A DNA stretch of 64,000 bases, taken from contig CAVWSL010000015.1 of NCBI GenBank assembly GCA_963757765.1, positions 1,392,553 through 1,456,552 of the forward strand. Direction: 5' to 3'. Positions 20,156 to 30,458 of the stretch are shown here, piece after piece (the stretch's first letter is position 1; each line of letters begins with the position of its first letter). This DNA is from an uncultured Chloroflexia bacterium. GTDB taxonomy: Bacteria > Chloroflexota > Limnocylindria > Limnocylindrales > CSP1-4. Made by a program: the position numbers and the translations under genes. Below the pieces are notes generated by a model. The model searched no databases. It had not been told where the DNA came from and was given only the letters and a program-made list of their open reading frames with translations.

Positions 20156-20860
20156 ATGCGGGTGTTCACCGTGGTCGGCATCGTGCTCACGATCCTCGGC
20201 CTGGGCCTGGCCATCGTCTCGTGCGCGCCCCATGGGTCGAGTATCGACGGCGAGGTGACCGGCATGGGGGCGGGCATCGCGGCGCTCACGCTGCTGCCGA
20301 TGGGCATCGTGTTCACCATCGTGGGCGTGGCCGCGTCACGCGTGGCGAGACCGGTGTCGGAGGACGGCGTGCCCATCCAGCTGCCCACGGTCCAGCCGAA
20401 CACGCTCTCGACCATGGGCGCCATCGCGCCCAACACCATCAGCGGCCCTGGCGCGACACCAACGGGCGTCGACGCCGTGGCGGTAGCGGCCATCACCGAT
20501 CAGCTGGGTCGGATGGGCATCTCGGTCGACCCGGCGATGATCGCCGGCGGCCAGGTGAGCATGGACTCGACCACCCTTGACCTGCGTCCCGGCGCCCAGG
20601 GGACGGTGCTGGCCACGGGACGCCCGGGCACGGCCATCATCCGCGAGCTCACCGACACCGGTGTCAACGTCCGGGGCGACTCGCTCGTCCGGCTCACCCT
20701 CGATGTGACGCCCCCGGGCGGCACCAGCTACCAGGTGCAGACGGGCAGCCTCGTGCCCGATGTCGCTCGCGGTCGGGCGCTGCCGGGTGCCCTGGTCGTG
20801 GTGCGCATCGACCCGACCCAGCCGACGAACGTCGTCATCGACTGGACGACGAACAGCTAG
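20156..20860 (+). CDS. Hypothetical membrane protein (2 TM plus extracellular domain)
   Basis: This is the 3' 705 nt of ORF 19163-20860. The Met at 20156 begins a hydrophobic N-terminus with high third-position GC. The upstream part of the ORF is antisense to the ABC ATPase. Confidence 0.6.
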   Translation: MRVFTVVGIVLTILGLGLAIVSCAPHGSSIDGEVTGMGAGIAALTLLPMGIVFTIVGVAASRVARPVSEDGVPIQLPTVQPNTLSTMGAIAPNTISGPGATPTGVDAVAVAAITDQLGRMGISVDPAMIAGGQVSMDSTTLDLRPGAQGTVLATGRPGTAIIRELTDTGVNVRGDSLVRLTLDVTPPGGTSYQVQTGSLVPDVARGRALPGALVVVRIDPTQPTNVVIDWTTNS

Positions 20861-20865
20861 CCGCG

Positions 20866-20888
20866 GCTCGCCCCGTCCGGAGGCGAGC
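20866..20888. terminator. Putative bidirectional hairpin terminator between convergent genes
   Basis: GCTCGCC-N9-GGCGAGC gives a 7-bp GC stem. It lies between the stop at 20860 (+) and the stop at 20895 (-). Confidence 0.35.
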
Positions 20889-20894
20889 GATGCG

Positions 20895-21344
20895 CTAGCG
20901 GGCGAGGCGGCGGAACACCACGGGCGCCTTCCAGCTCAGGAAGTAGAGACGGCAGCCCAGGCAGTAGCCCGTCGCCGCCAGCACGGCCTGGAGCGCCGCG
21001 ACGGCTCCCGTGAACAGCCACGCCAGGGAGGTGAGACCCACGAGGAACAGGACCGTGGCCACCGCGAGCACCAGGAACCCGATGGCCTGGGCGAACCGGG
21101 GCGGCCATTCCACCTCGAGCTCCCTCGGCGGGCCGATCTTGAGCAGTCGGCGGACGTACGGCCATGGCCGCCCCAGGACCGAATAGCGGGTCCCGAACCA
21201 GGCGCTCACACCCAGGGACAGTCCCACGGCCGCCACGATGACGGGCTGACCGAGGATGAACGCGAGCACGAGCACGACGACGGAGAAGGCGGCCCCGAAG
21301 CGGTGGCCGCGGGGATCGATGAGCCGAGGTTGACCGAACGACAT
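20895..21344 (-). CDS. DUF4395-like membrane protein
   Basis: 149 aa with 4 TM helices and a C-terminal CLGCRLY motif typical of the DUF4395 family. Confidence 0.65.
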   Translation of the reverse strand: MSFGQPRLIDPRGHRFGAAFSVVVLVLAFILGQPVIVAAVGLSLGVSAWFGTRYSVLGRPWPYVRRLLKIGPPRELEVEWPPRFAQAIGFLVLAVATVLFLVGLTSLAWLFTGAVAALQAVLAATGYCLGCRLYFLSWKAPVVFRRLAR

Positions 21345-21647
21345 GAGGGATGCGCTCCAGATGACGGTGCAGGACGCGGGATCGGTGATCCGCGAGCGCC
21401 GTCCGGAGGTCCCTCGCTAGCGGCTCATCCCATGCTCGGGAGGCGACGCGAGGCCGACCGGCGCCCGCCGGAGACACGGTCGACAGCACATCGACTGGGG
21501 CGTCTGCGCGGGCGCGATCGGGTCATGCATGAGCTGCGAACCTTGCCACAACGACCGCCATGCGGCAAGTGACCTTGCAGCATCCTCGCAGAACGGTACC
21601 CTTGTCCTGAACGGCTTCATGTTCGGAGTCGATAGGAGGGTGAACGC

Positions 21648-22037
21648 GTGAGTCGTCCGTTTGGTGTCATTCTGCTCGGCCTGCTGGCCACGCTGGTCGG
21701 GGTGATGTATGTGTTCGCGGGCCTTCGGCTCACGACCGCAGTGACGTTCGGGCCAGTGGAGTCGGGGAACGGAGTCTGGTTCAGCGGGCTGCTCACCCTG
21801 ATCGTCGGCCTCATCTGGATCGGCGTTGGCGGCGCCCTCTTCTCGCTGCAGGCATGGGGTCTGCTGTTCTGCGAGATCATGGCCATCTTCGGGCTTATCA
21901 ACGCCACCTTCATCCTGCTCGCCGGTGGTAGCCAGGCCAACTGGGGCCTGTTCGCACTGCCGCTGTTGGTGCTCTGGTACTGCAACCGACCGAGCATCAA
22001 GGCAGCCTTCACGGAGGCCGGGGTCAGCGCGGTCTGA
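21648..22037 (+). CDS. Hypothetical small membrane protein (4 TM)
   Basis: GTG start is preceded by GGAGGG. High third-position GC. The overlapping 252-aa minus ORF is rejected. Confidence 0.6.
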   Translation: MSRPFGVILLGLLATLVGVMYVFAGLRLTTAVTFGPVESGNGVWFSGLLTLIVGLIWIGVGGALFSLQAWGLLFCEIMAIFGLINATFILLAGGSQANWGLFALPLLVLWYCNRPSIKAAFTEAGVSAV

Positions 22038-22151
22038 CCGGGTATCCCCGAGGGCGGCGTGGATGCGATCCGCGCCGCTCTTCTGTTTGGCGAGCGCATG
22101 CTGGCCTGATGCATCACGGGGCCTCCATGTGGGTCGGTCCACATCCGCACG

Positions 22152-23309
22152 TTGGGTGACCGGAACATGACGCACCAGGCCTACGACGTCATCGTGGTGG
22201 GCGTGGGTGCCATGGGCAGCGCCACGGTCGCGGAGCTCGCGGCTCGGGGCCAGCGCGTCCTGGGCCTGGAACGGTCGGGCGTCCCGACCGAGACGGGCTC
22301 GTCGGGCGGGGTGACGCGCATCATCCGGCTCGCCTACAACGAGGACCCGCGCTACGTGCCCCTCGTCCGTCGTGCCTATGAGCGGTGGTACGCATTGGGT
22401 GCCAGGGTCGATGAGCGGCTGCTCATCACGACCGGTGGCATCGATGCGGGCTCATCCGACTCGGTCATGGTCCAGGGTGCCATCACAGCATGCCGGGAGC
22501 ACGGGATCCCGTTCGAGCTGCTCGACGCGCCGGTGTTGCGTGCCCGGTTCCCGGGTTTCGCGTTGCCCGACGGGATGGTCGGGGTGTATCAGGCGGACGC
22601 GGGCTTCGTGCTCTCCGAGCGCGCCATCGCGGCGTATGCGATGACAGCGATCGACGACGGCGCAGAGATCCATGGTCACGAGCCGGTCATCGACTGGGAG
22701 CCTATCGGCGATGGGGTCGTGGTCCGCACCGCCCGCGCCGAGTACCGGGCGCGTCGGCTGGTGCTGTCGGCGGGCGCCTGGATGGGCCGGCTGGCGGCGC
22801 CGCTGCGGACCCTCTCGGTGCCCGAGCGCCAGGTGCTGCTGTGGACGCAACCGCTGCGGCCAGAGCGATATCGGGTGGGCGTATTCCCGGTGTTCATCCT
22901 CGACGACGCCGGCACGGAGTGGTACGGCTTCCCGAGCTACGGGATCCCCGGCTTCAAGTTCGGCCGGTATCACCACCGGCAGCAGGTCATCGACCCCGAC
23001 CAGCTCGATCGTGATGCGGTCGATGCCGAGGACGAGCGGCTGCTCCGCGACGGCCTGGCACGCTACTTCCCGGACGCGAACGGTCCGCTGCTGAGCTGGA
23101 AGACCTGCATCTTCACGAACACGCCCGACGAGCATTTCATCGTCGACCGCTACCCGGGCCTGCCCCAGGTCATCCTCGCCTCGCCGTGCTCCGGTCACGG
23201 CTTCAAGTTCGCGAGCGCCATCGGGGAGGTGCTGGCCGACCTGGCCATGGACCGACAACCCGCGTTCGATCTCTCGATGTTCCGGCTGGACCGGTTCACG
23301 GACGCCTGA
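22152..23309 (+). CDS. Monomeric sarcosine oxidase / N-methyl-L-tryptophan oxidase-like FAD-dependent oxidoreductase
   Basis: DVIVVGVGAMGSATVAELA FAD-binding fold. The C-terminal …LASPCSGHGFKFA… motif corresponds to the covalent-FAD Cys of MSOX/MTOX. Confidence 0.8.
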   Translation: MGDRNMTHQAYDVIVVGVGAMGSATVAELAARGQRVLGLERSGVPTETGSSGGVTRIIRLAYNEDPRYVPLVRRAYERWYALGARVDERLLITTGGIDAGSSDSVMVQGAITACREHGIPFELLDAPVLRARFPGFALPDGMVGVYQADAGFVLSERAIAAYAMTAIDDGAEIHGHEPVIDWEPIGDGVVVRTARAEYRARRLVLSAGAWMGRLAAPLRTLSVPERQVLLWTQPLRPERYRVGVFPVFILDDAGTEWYGFPSYGIPGFKFGRYHHRQQVIDPDQLDRDAVDAEDERLLRDGLARYFPDANGPLLSWKTCIFTNTPDEHFIVDRYPGLPQVILASPCSGHGFKFASAIGEVLADLAMDRQPAFDLSMFRLDRFTDA

Positions 23310-23333
23310 CAGGCGCCGCAGCCGGCCCGCGGC

Positions 23334-24194
23334 TCAGCGCGTGCGGGTCGCCTCGGCTCGGAGCGCGTCCTGCAGGGCGGACGCCACCGATCCAGGACGG
23401 CCATCGCCCACCCGCTGGCCATCGATGTTGACGGCGCCGACGACCTCGCGCACGGACGACGACAGGAACACCTCGTCCGCAGCGAGGACGTCGCCAAGCG
23501 GCCAGCCGCCCTCCTCGACGACGTAGCCCAGACTCGTCCCGAGGCGCAACAGATGCGATCGGGTCACCCCCGCGAGGATGCCCATGTCCAGCCCGGGCGT
23601 CCGGATGCGTCCGTCGGCCGCCCACCAGATATTGCTCGTGGCGCCCTCGAGGACGAGCCCGTCCGAGGCCAGCAGGACCGCGTCATCCGCGCCACGACGG
23701 CGAGCCTCCGCGAGCGCCGCGACATGGACCGCGTAGCTCGTCGACTTGACGCCCCCGAGCAGCCACGGCGAGCGAGCGCGCGCGGCGTGGTCGATGCCCA
23801 ACTCCAGGCTCACGACCCGCAGGCCACGGGTTCGGAGCGTCTCGAGGTCACCGGGGATGGGGGTCACGGTCACGAGCGCGGTCGCGGTACGGGCACCGTC
23901 CCGGCCGCCCGTCCAGTAGAAGCGGAGCGCCGCGTCCCGGAGTCCCGACGCCGTGAGCGCCTGCTGAGCCAGCGCTTCCAGGTCCGCCCGGGCCACATCG
24001 GGCAGCTCCATCCGAGCGGCTGATGCGTGCAATCGGGCGAGATGCTCGTCCAGCCCGAACGCGCGACCGTCGTAGACCCGCAGCGTCTCGAAGGCAGCCT
24101 GCCCACGGGCGAGCGCCGAGTCGTCAGCGGCGATCACGGGTGCGTCGGGATCCACGACACCGCGGCCCAGGACGGCCACCGCCACCGGCTTCAC
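23334..24194 (-). CDS. pabC: Aminotransferase class IV (aminodeoxychorismate lyase-like)
   Basis: Class-IV PLP fold. Positioned 17 nt downstream of the chorismate-binding component. Confidence 0.75.
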   Translation of the reverse strand: MKPVAVAVLGRGVVDPDAPVIAADDSALARGQAAFETLRVYDGRAFGLDEHLARLHASAARMELPDVARADLEALAQQALTASGLRDAALRFYWTGGRDGARTATALVTVTPIPGDLETLRTRGLRVVSLELGIDHAARARSPWLLGGVKSTSYAVHVAALAEARRRGADDAVLLASDGLVLEGATSNIWWAADGRIRTPGLDMGILAGVTRSHLLRLGTSLGYVVEEGGWPLGDVLAADEVFLSSSVREVVGAVNIDGQRVGDGRPGSVASALQDALRAEATRTR

Positions 24195-24210
24195 GCGCGC
24201 CGCCCGCCAG

Positions 24211-25296
24211 TCATGCGCTCACCCGTGCCGTCGGATACGAGCGGCTCGCCGCCTCGAGTGCCGCGAGCAACGGCCGTGCCTTCACCCACGACTCCTCAAC
24301 CTCGGCCGCGGGGTCGGAGTCCCAGACGATGCCCCCACCCACCCAGAGATGGATGCGATCGTCGACGATAGCGAAGGTCCGGATGGTGAGCGCGAGGTCG
24401 AAGTCACCGTTGGGATGGATGACGCCAAGGGCCCCCATCGACGCGCCTCGGCCGACCGGCTCCAGCTCGGCGATCTGGTCGATGGCCGCGATCTTCGGTG
24501 CGCCGGTCACGGAGCCACCCGGGAAGGTGGCCGCCAGGAGCTCCGGGAGCGTCAGGCCCGGGCGGACACGACCCGTCACTCGAGATACCAGGTGCTCGAC
24601 ACCGGCCATCGAACGAGGTGTCATCAGCTCGGGCCAGATGACACTGCCGGGCTCGCAGACGCGACCCAGGTCATTGCGCTCCAGGTCGACGATCATGACG
24701 TGCTCGGCGGCGTCCTTCTCCGACGCCTGGAGCTCGGACGAGGCGCCCCGCGGTCGGGTGCCCTTGATGGGCATGGTGGTCAGGCTGTCACCGCGGCGTG
24801 ACAGGAACAGCTCCGGGGACGCCGAGACGATCGCCCAGCCATCGCCACGGAGCATCCGCCCATGCCGGGGCCGAAGGCCGCCAAGCGCCTGGGCCACGCT
24901 CCGTGGATCACCTGCGAACGGCGCCCCGAGATGCTGGACGAGGTTCACCTGGTACACCTCACCCGCGGCGATCGCGGCACGTGCGCGTCCGATGGCGCGC
25001 TGGTGCTCGAGCGGGCTCCAGGTCTGGTCCCAGGGGCCTACCTCGAAGGGACCGTCGGCCGCGACTGGACCTGGGGCCTCGACGGTCCGCACCTCGCAGG
25101 CGAGCAGCGGCAGATGTGCGGGCTCGGGAGGCAGCGGTCGGGAGGTCCGTCGAAGGGGGCCGGACAGGCCATAGCCCAGGTAGACATCGGCGACCCGGTC
25201 ATCGCGACCATCGAGGTCGGACGCGAAGAATCCCTGGGCGCGCAGGTATCGGTCAAGCTGGCCGAACGCGTCGTCGGCGGTCCACAGCTCCAGCAC
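24211..25296 (-). CDS. pabB: Aminodeoxychorismate synthase component I-like (chorismate-binding enzyme)
   Basis: Chorismate-binding domain motifs …GGSVTGAPKIAAIDQIAELEP.GRG.Y.GALG… This is a short (361 aa) PabB/TrpE-family form. Confidence 0.8.
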   Translation of the reverse strand: MLELWTADDAFGQLDRYLRAQGFFASDLDGRDDRVADVYLGYGLSGPLRRTSRPLPPEPAHLPLLACEVRTVEAPGPVAADGPFEVGPWDQTWSPLEHQRAIGRARAAIAAGEVYQVNLVQHLGAPFAGDPRSVAQALGGLRPRHGRMLRGDGWAIVSASPELFLSRRGDSLTTMPIKGTRPRGASSELQASEKDAAEHVMIVDLERNDLGRVCEPGSVIWPELMTPRSMAGVEHLVSRVTGRVRPGLTLPELLAATFPGGSVTGAPKIAAIDQIAELEPVGRGASMGALGVIHPNGDFDLALTIRTFAIVDDRIHLWVGGGIVWDSDPAAEVEESWVKARPLLAALEAASRSYPTARVSA

Positions 25297-25347
25297 GCGA
25301 TCAGTGTAGGGGCGGAGGCTGGGTGGCCTGCGAGGCTACTCCGAGAG

Positions 25348-25605
25348 CTACTGCTGGTAGTGCTCGACGACCTCTGCGGGGCGTGGCTGGGCCGCAGTCG
25401 GGTCCTCGCCCGCAGAGCGCAGGGCCTGTCGCTGATGGAGCAGGTCGTAGGCGCGATCAAGCTGGACCTTGATGGTCTCCAGTCGCATCCGCTCCTCCGG
25501 ATCGAGCCCGCGGCCATCGCCTGCGCTCGCCCAGAGCCCCTCTTCCTCGACCGACAGGTCGTTGATCACCTGGAAGATGTCGACATCGGGGTCCGGTTGG
25601 GCCAT
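25348..25605 (-). CDS. DUF2630-family small protein
   Basis: Internal Met start. …IFQVINDLSVEEEGLW…GLDPEERMRLETIKVQLDRAYDLLHQRQA… matches the DUF2630 pattern. Confidence 0.55.
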   Translation of the reverse strand: MAQPDPDVDIFQVINDLSVEEEGLWASAGDGRGLDPEERMRLETIKVQLDRAYDLLHQRQALRSAGEDPTAAQPRPAEVVEHYQQ

Positions 25606-25731
25606 GGCTGCGTTCCCTTCGCGATCACACTCCGGGTGACCTGCGCTGGCATCCCGGTGGCACCATGCTCGCACGCTGGCGCGAGGTGCGCCGAGTATGC
25701 CCGCAGCCGCCGAGCCGGATGAACGGGCGGA

Positions 25732-27954
25732 TCAGACGCGCTCGAGCTCGAACAGCCGAGCCTGGAAGTCGCCGCGCATCGCCGACTCCCGAGGGACGTC
25801 GTCGATGAACAGGCCGGCGCTCATGAGCTCGTCGCCGCCACGCACCAGGGCATTGCGGCGGACGAGGGCGTCCTCTGCCGCCGGCCAGACCCTCACCCGG
25901 TAGCGCGCGGCGGGATCAAGACCACGCAACCGGACCGATCGCGGGCCGGGCACAGGCCGGGACAGTGCCCGGTACCAGCCGACCACCGCGTGCTGCGCGT
26001 CGTCGGAGACGGTCATCCAGGCGGTGTCGTTGCCGTCCCCCTCGAAGGGGCTTCGGAGCCGCAGGTACCGACCGAACTGGATGGTCTCCCGATGCGACTT
26101 GAACCACGCGATCTGGGCTGCGACTTGCGCCCGCTCCTCAGGTCCCAATGCGACCGGGTCCAACTCGTAGCCAAAGGCGCCGAAGAACGCCACGGCCGCG
26201 CGCGTCGCGAGCGGTGTGATGCGCGCCACCTGGTGGTTCGGGACCGCGGCCACGTGGGCGCCCATGGAGCTGACCGGGAACGCGAGCGACGTCCCCCACT
26301 GGATCCGCAACCGCTCGATGGCATCGGTGTCGTCGCTCGTCCAGGCCTGCGGCGCGTACGCCAGCATGCCCGCATCGAACCGGCCGCCGCCGCTGGCGCA
26401 GGACTCGAACAGGATGTGCGGGAAGCGTTCGGTCAAGCGTCGGTAGAGGTCGTACAGCCCGAGGATGTAGCGGTGGCGCATCTCGCCCTGGCGTTCAGGC
26501 GGCAGCCCCAGGCCGTAGGTCTCGGTCATCGTCCGGTTCATGTCCCATTTGACATAGCTGACGGGTGCGGATGACAGGACGGCCTCCAGGGCATCGAAGA
26601 GGTAGTCGCGCACCTCGTCCCGGCCGATATCCAGCACCAGCTGCTGGCGGCTCTCGGTGCGCGGCCGACCGGGCACGCCGATGGCCCAGTCTGGATGTGC
26701 CCGGAACAGATCGCTGTCCGCGTTCACCATCTCGGGTTCGATCCAGATGCCGAACGCGATGCCCAGGGACGTGACCCGCTCCACGAGCCGCTCGAGACCG
26801 CCCGGCAGCTTGCGTCGGTCGACGACCCAGTCGCCCAGGGATCGGTCATCCGAGTCGCGACGGCCGAACCAGCCATCGTCGAGCACGAACAGCTCCACGC
26901 CCAGGTCGCGGGCGACCGTGGCGATGGCGACCAGTCGCTCCTCGTCGAAGTCGAAGTAGGTGCCTTCCCAGTTGTTGAGCAGTACCGGGCGCGGTCGATC
27001 GCGCCACTCCCCGCGGGCGAGCCGCGTCCGATACAGCCGGTGGAAGGTCTCGCTCATGGCGCCGAGCCCTGCCGTCGAATGGACGGTGACCGCCTCGGGA
27101 GTCGTGAACGTGTCACCCGGCGGGAGCGCCCACTCGAACGTCTCGGGATGCAGCCCCATCCGCATCCGCAGGGTCGCGTACTGGTCGACCTCGGCGTCGG
27201 CGAGGAAGTCGCCGGAGTAGACGAGGCTGACGCCGATGGCCTCCCCCTCGGATTCCGTGGTGCTCGGCCGGACGAGCGCCAGGAAGGGCGACTGCTCCAG
27301 GCTCGATGAGCCGCGCAGGCTCTCGATGACCCGACGGCCGGGGATAAGGGGCGCCCGTACGACGTGCCGCTCACGCGACCATGAGCCATGGAGCGTGATG
27401 AGTTCCCACTCCCCATCGAGGATGTCGAGGGATGCGCTCATGACAGTCTTCAGGCGCACGGGTGCCACACCGTCGTTCCGGATGCTGACGCTGCGGGCGA
27501 TCGCGGCGTGGTCGCGGAAGATGGTGAGTCGGACGATGGCGGTCAGGCCGCTGGTCGCGTCGACAAGGTCGATCTCCACCGTGTCCGCTTCCGCGGCGTC
27601 CTCGGTGTACGTGCTCGGGAGGCCGGGCAGTGCCGGCTTGCCGGGCAGGATGCGGTGGGTCGCACAGCGCAGGTCGAGCACGCGCGAGCCATCGGCATGC
27701 CGGACCGACAGCGCTGGCTGGCGGTAGTCGCCCGAATCCGGCGTGGGCAGCTCGAACCTGATCGACTCCCCCACTCGGTTGGAGTAGCCCGGGAAGGCGC
27801 CTCGGGCGAGGTGGCGATAGTCATGACCCGGCTTGAGGGGCGCGCCGAGATAGACCTGGCCCAGGGCACCATCCTCGAGGATCGCGAGCACCACGCTCAG
27901 GTGGTCGTTGTGCAGATGCCATTGCTGGACCTGCGGGTCCCACTCGATGGGCAT
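25732..27954 (-). CDS. Alpha-galactosidase, glycoside hydrolase family 36
   Basis: GH36 hallmarks …FVLDDGWFGRRDSDDRSLGDW…KWDMNR…; 740 aa. Confidence 0.85.
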   Translation of the reverse strand: MPIEWDPQVQQWHLHNDHLSVVLAILEDGALGQVYLGAPLKPGHDYRHLARGAFPGYSNRVGESIRFELPTPDSGDYRQPALSVRHADGSRVLDLRCATHRILPGKPALPGLPSTYTEDAAEADTVEIDLVDATSGLTAIVRLTIFRDHAAIARSVSIRNDGVAPVRLKTVMSASLDILDGEWELITLHGSWSRERHVVRAPLIPGRRVIESLRGSSSLEQSPFLALVRPSTTESEGEAIGVSLVYSGDFLADAEVDQYATLRMRMGLHPETFEWALPPGDTFTTPEAVTVHSTAGLGAMSETFHRLYRTRLARGEWRDRPRPVLLNNWEGTYFDFDEERLVAIATVARDLGVELFVLDDGWFGRRDSDDRSLGDWVVDRRKLPGGLERLVERVTSLGIAFGIWIEPEMVNADSDLFRAHPDWAIGVPGRPRTESRQQLVLDIGRDEVRDYLFDALEAVLSSAPVSYVKWDMNRTMTETYGLGLPPERQGEMRHRYILGLYDLYRRLTERFPHILFESCASGGGRFDAGMLAYAPQAWTSDDTDAIERLRIQWGTSLAFPVSSMGAHVAAVPNHQVARITPLATRAAVAFFGAFGYELDPVALGPEERAQVAAQIAWFKSHRETIQFGRYLRLRSPFEGDGNDTAWMTVSDDAQHAVVGWYRALSRPVPGPRSVRLRGLDPAARYRVRVWPAAEDALVRRNALVRGGDELMSAGLFIDDVPRESAMRGDFQARLFELERV

Positions 27955-28036
27955 GGAGCCTCCCCTGCGCGTTCGATCGACCTGGCCTCGTCCTGTCCGG
28001 ATCGTACCCCGCGGTCAGGATCGGTAGCATCGGGCG

Positions 28037-28846
28037 ATGTCCAGCACGCCGCCGCGCTACGTCCATGGTCATCACGAGAGCGTGCTCCGGTCGCATCGCT
28101 GGCGAACGGCGGAGAACTCCGCCGCGTACCTGCTGCCGCACCTGCAGCGCGGTGCCCGACTGCTCGATGTCGGCTGCGGGCCAGGCACGATCACGCTCGA
28201 CTTCGCGCGTCTCGTCGCGCCGGGGACGGTCGTCGGCCTGGACGCGGTCGAGGCGCCCCTTGCAGCGGCACGCGCAGATGCTGGCGCGGCCGGGCTGGAG
28301 AACGTCGAGTTCCGGATCGGGGACGCGATGGCGCTCCCCTACGGCGATGGCATGTTCGATGTCGTGCACGCGCACCAGGTCCTGCAGCACGTGCCCGATC
28401 CTGTGGGCCTGCTGCGCGAGATGCGTCGGGTGTGCCGGCCCGGTGGCCTCATCGCGGCCCGGGATGCCGACTACGCTGCGATGACCTGGTACCCGGTCGA
28501 CCCGGTACTGACCGACTGGCTCGATGTCTATCGCCGGACCGCGCGAGCGAGTGGGGGCGAGCCAGATGCCGCACGACGACTGCTGGCCTGGGCACATGCC
28601 GCCGGGCTGGACGACGTGGTCGCGACTGCGAGTGCGTGGTGCTTCGCGACTCGCGACGACCGGGCATGGTGGGGCGGCTCATGGTCCGACCGCGCCACCA
28701 AGTCGACCTTCGCCGACCAGGCCCTGGCCCACGGCATCGCGAGCCTGGCGGACCTGGAGCGCATCGCGGCGGCGTGGCGTCGTTGGGCGACCGAGCCGGA
28801 CGCCTGGCTCGCGATCCTGCACGGGGAGATCCTCGCCCGGGTCTGA
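28037..28846 (+). CDS. Class I SAM-dependent methyltransferase
   Basis: Motif I LLDVGCGPG and the post-I acidic residue; 269 aa. Confidence 0.8.
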   Translation: MSSTPPRYVHGHHESVLRSHRWRTAENSAAYLLPHLQRGARLLDVGCGPGTITLDFARLVAPGTVVGLDAVEAPLAAARADAGAAGLENVEFRIGDAMALPYGDGMFDVVHAHQVLQHVPDPVGLLREMRRVCRPGGLIAARDADYAAMTWYPVDPVLTDWLDVYRRTARASGGEPDAARRLLAWAHAAGLDDVVATASAWCFATRDDRAWWGGSWSDRATKSTFADQALAHGIASLADLERIAAAWRRWATEPDAWLAILHGEILARV

Positions 28847-28849
28847 CCC

Positions 28850-29340
28850 TGCCTGACCGGCGTCCGACCCGGGTCCCAGCCGAGGCTGACCGGCGTCCGA
28901 CCCGGGTCCCAGCCGAGGCTGATCGCGTCTGAGCCGCGGCTGACCGGCGTCCGATCGCGTCTGAGCCGCGTCTGATCGCGTCTGAGTCCGTCTCGCCCGA
29001 TGTGTGCCCCGCCCAGGGGGTGGGTCGCGCGCCGACTTCCTCCGGGACCCGCCGGGCGGGCGAGTAGGCCGGCGAAGGCCCTGGCTCAGCCCCGTGGGGT
29101 CATCACCGACAGCTTTGCCGGCGGAATCACCCGGGAGGCGGGTGTCCCGGACAACGAGACCGCTCGCGGAGCACCAGATCCGGCTCTCGCCGTCGCACTC
29201 ACCCGGTGGGCGGGGCGGCGACGGCCAGCTTCGCGGGCGACGGCCAGCTTCGCGGGCGACGGCCAGCTTCGCGGGTGACGGCCAGCTTCGCAGGCGGCAC
29301 GCCCGCCACGATCAGGCGACGCGCCCGCCACGATCCGACC
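28850..29340. repeat. Intergenic cluster of short tandem direct repeats
   Basis: A 33-bp unit CTGACCGGCGTCCGACCCGGGTCCCAGCCGAGG occurs twice at 28853-28918, followed by about 18-bp GATCGCGTCTGAGCCGCG-like units through about 28995. A 19-bp unit GACGGCCAGCTTCGCGGGC occurs four times at 29219-29294. A 14-bp CGCCCGCCACGATC occurs twice at 29301-29338. Confidence 0.75.
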
Positions 29341-30432
29341 CTACAGGCCGGCGAGCAAGGCCCCGGCCTGACGTGCGCAGACCAGATCCTCGCGGGCCTC
29401 GATGCGCAGCACCTGGGGTCCGGTCCAGCCGCGCGACAGCACGCCATCGGCGCCGGTAGCGTCCGCCGCGATCGACGCGATCCCTAGCACCCCGAGCCGT
29501 GCCACGATCGAGGACCGGACGCGCGCTGCGTGTTCGCCGATGCCCGCGGTGAACACCAGGCCATCGAGGCGCGACAGGGCGGCGGCAGCCGCGGCGATGC
29601 CAGCCGAGGTCCGGGCCACGAACATCTCGATGGCCAGCCGTGCCGCGGCATCTCCGTGGTCGGCCGCGGCTTCGATCTCGCGCATGTCAGCGCTGACCCC
29701 AGACACGCCCAGCAGACCCGAGCCGTGCTCGAGCGCGTCCGCGAGCCCCTCGACCTCGAGCCGGCCATCACGCAGGAGCCCGAGCACCACACCCGGGTCG
29801 ATGGAGCCCGAGCGGGTGGCCATCATCAACCCTTCGAGCGGGGTGTAGCCCATCGATGTGCGCACCGACCGACCGCCCTCGACCGCGGTCACGGAACAAC
29901 CGCCACCGAGATGCGCCACCACGAGCGACAGCTCCCCGACGGGCCGCCCCAGAAGCTCCGCGGCGCGCCCGACCGACCAATCGACCGAGAGGCCGTGGAA
30001 GCCATACCGCCGGATCCCCCAGTCGGTCCGCCACGAGTCGGGCACCGGATAGCGCCTCTCGGCCTCCGGCAGCGTGGCGTGGAAGGCCGTGTCGAAGCAG
30101 CAGACCTGGGGGATACCAGGGAACCGTTCCTGGGCCGCCCGCAGGATCCGCAGCGCGGGCGGCATGTGCAGCGGCGCGAGGGGCACCACCCCCTCGAGCT
30201 CGCGGACGACTCCCGCATCCGCGACGACCGGCGTCACGAAGCGCGGCCCGCCATGAACGAACCGGTGCGCCACGACAGCTGGCGATCCACCGCCGGGCAG
30301 TCGAGCGAGGAGAGCGACCAGCTCTCCGGCCGGATCGGAGATCGCCGACGACGCCCGGCCGAGGGTCCGGTCACCCTCGATGAGGCTGGCCTTGACGGTC
30401 TGGGAACCCGCGTTGAGGAACAGGACGCGCAT
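29341..30432 (-). CDS. ackA: Acetate kinase
   Basis: Acetate/propionate-kinase motifs …VAHRFVHGG…, …CFDTAFH…, …RRYGFHGLS…. Confidence 0.9.
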   Translation of the reverse strand: MRVLFLNAGSQTVKASLIEGDRTLGRASSAISDPAGELVALLARLPGGGSPAVVAHRFVHGGPRFVTPVVADAGVVRELEGVVPLAPLHMPPALRILRAAQERFPGIPQVCCFDTAFHATLPEAERRYPVPDSWRTDWGIRRYGFHGLSVDWSVGRAAELLGRPVGELSLVVAHLGGGCSVTAVEGGRSVRTSMGYTPLEGLMMATRSGSIDPGVVLGLLRDGRLEVEGLADALEHGSGLLGVSGVSADMREIEAAADHGDAAARLAIEMFVARTSAGIAAAAAALSRLDGLVFTAGIGEHAARVRSSIVARLGVLGIASIAADATGADGVLSRGWTGPQVLRIEAREDLVCARQAGALLAGL

Positions 30433-30458
30433 GGACCGTCAGGACCGTGCGCCAGGCG

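Noticed and set aside
19163-20860. 565-aa plus ORF
   Set aside because: Positions 19163-20155 are antisense to the ABC ATPase (Walker motifs on the other strand). Only the 3' 705 nt, from Met 20156, look like a gene.
21417-22175. 252-aa minus ORF
   Set aside because: It overlaps the plus-strand 129-aa four-TM protein, which has the better RBS and third-position GC. The minus translation is hydrophilic low complexity.
28850-29340. CRISPR array
   Set aside because: Repeat units are directly adjacent with no spacer-like unique inserts. Unit lengths (14-33 bp) vary and several different units are present. No cas genes are nearby.
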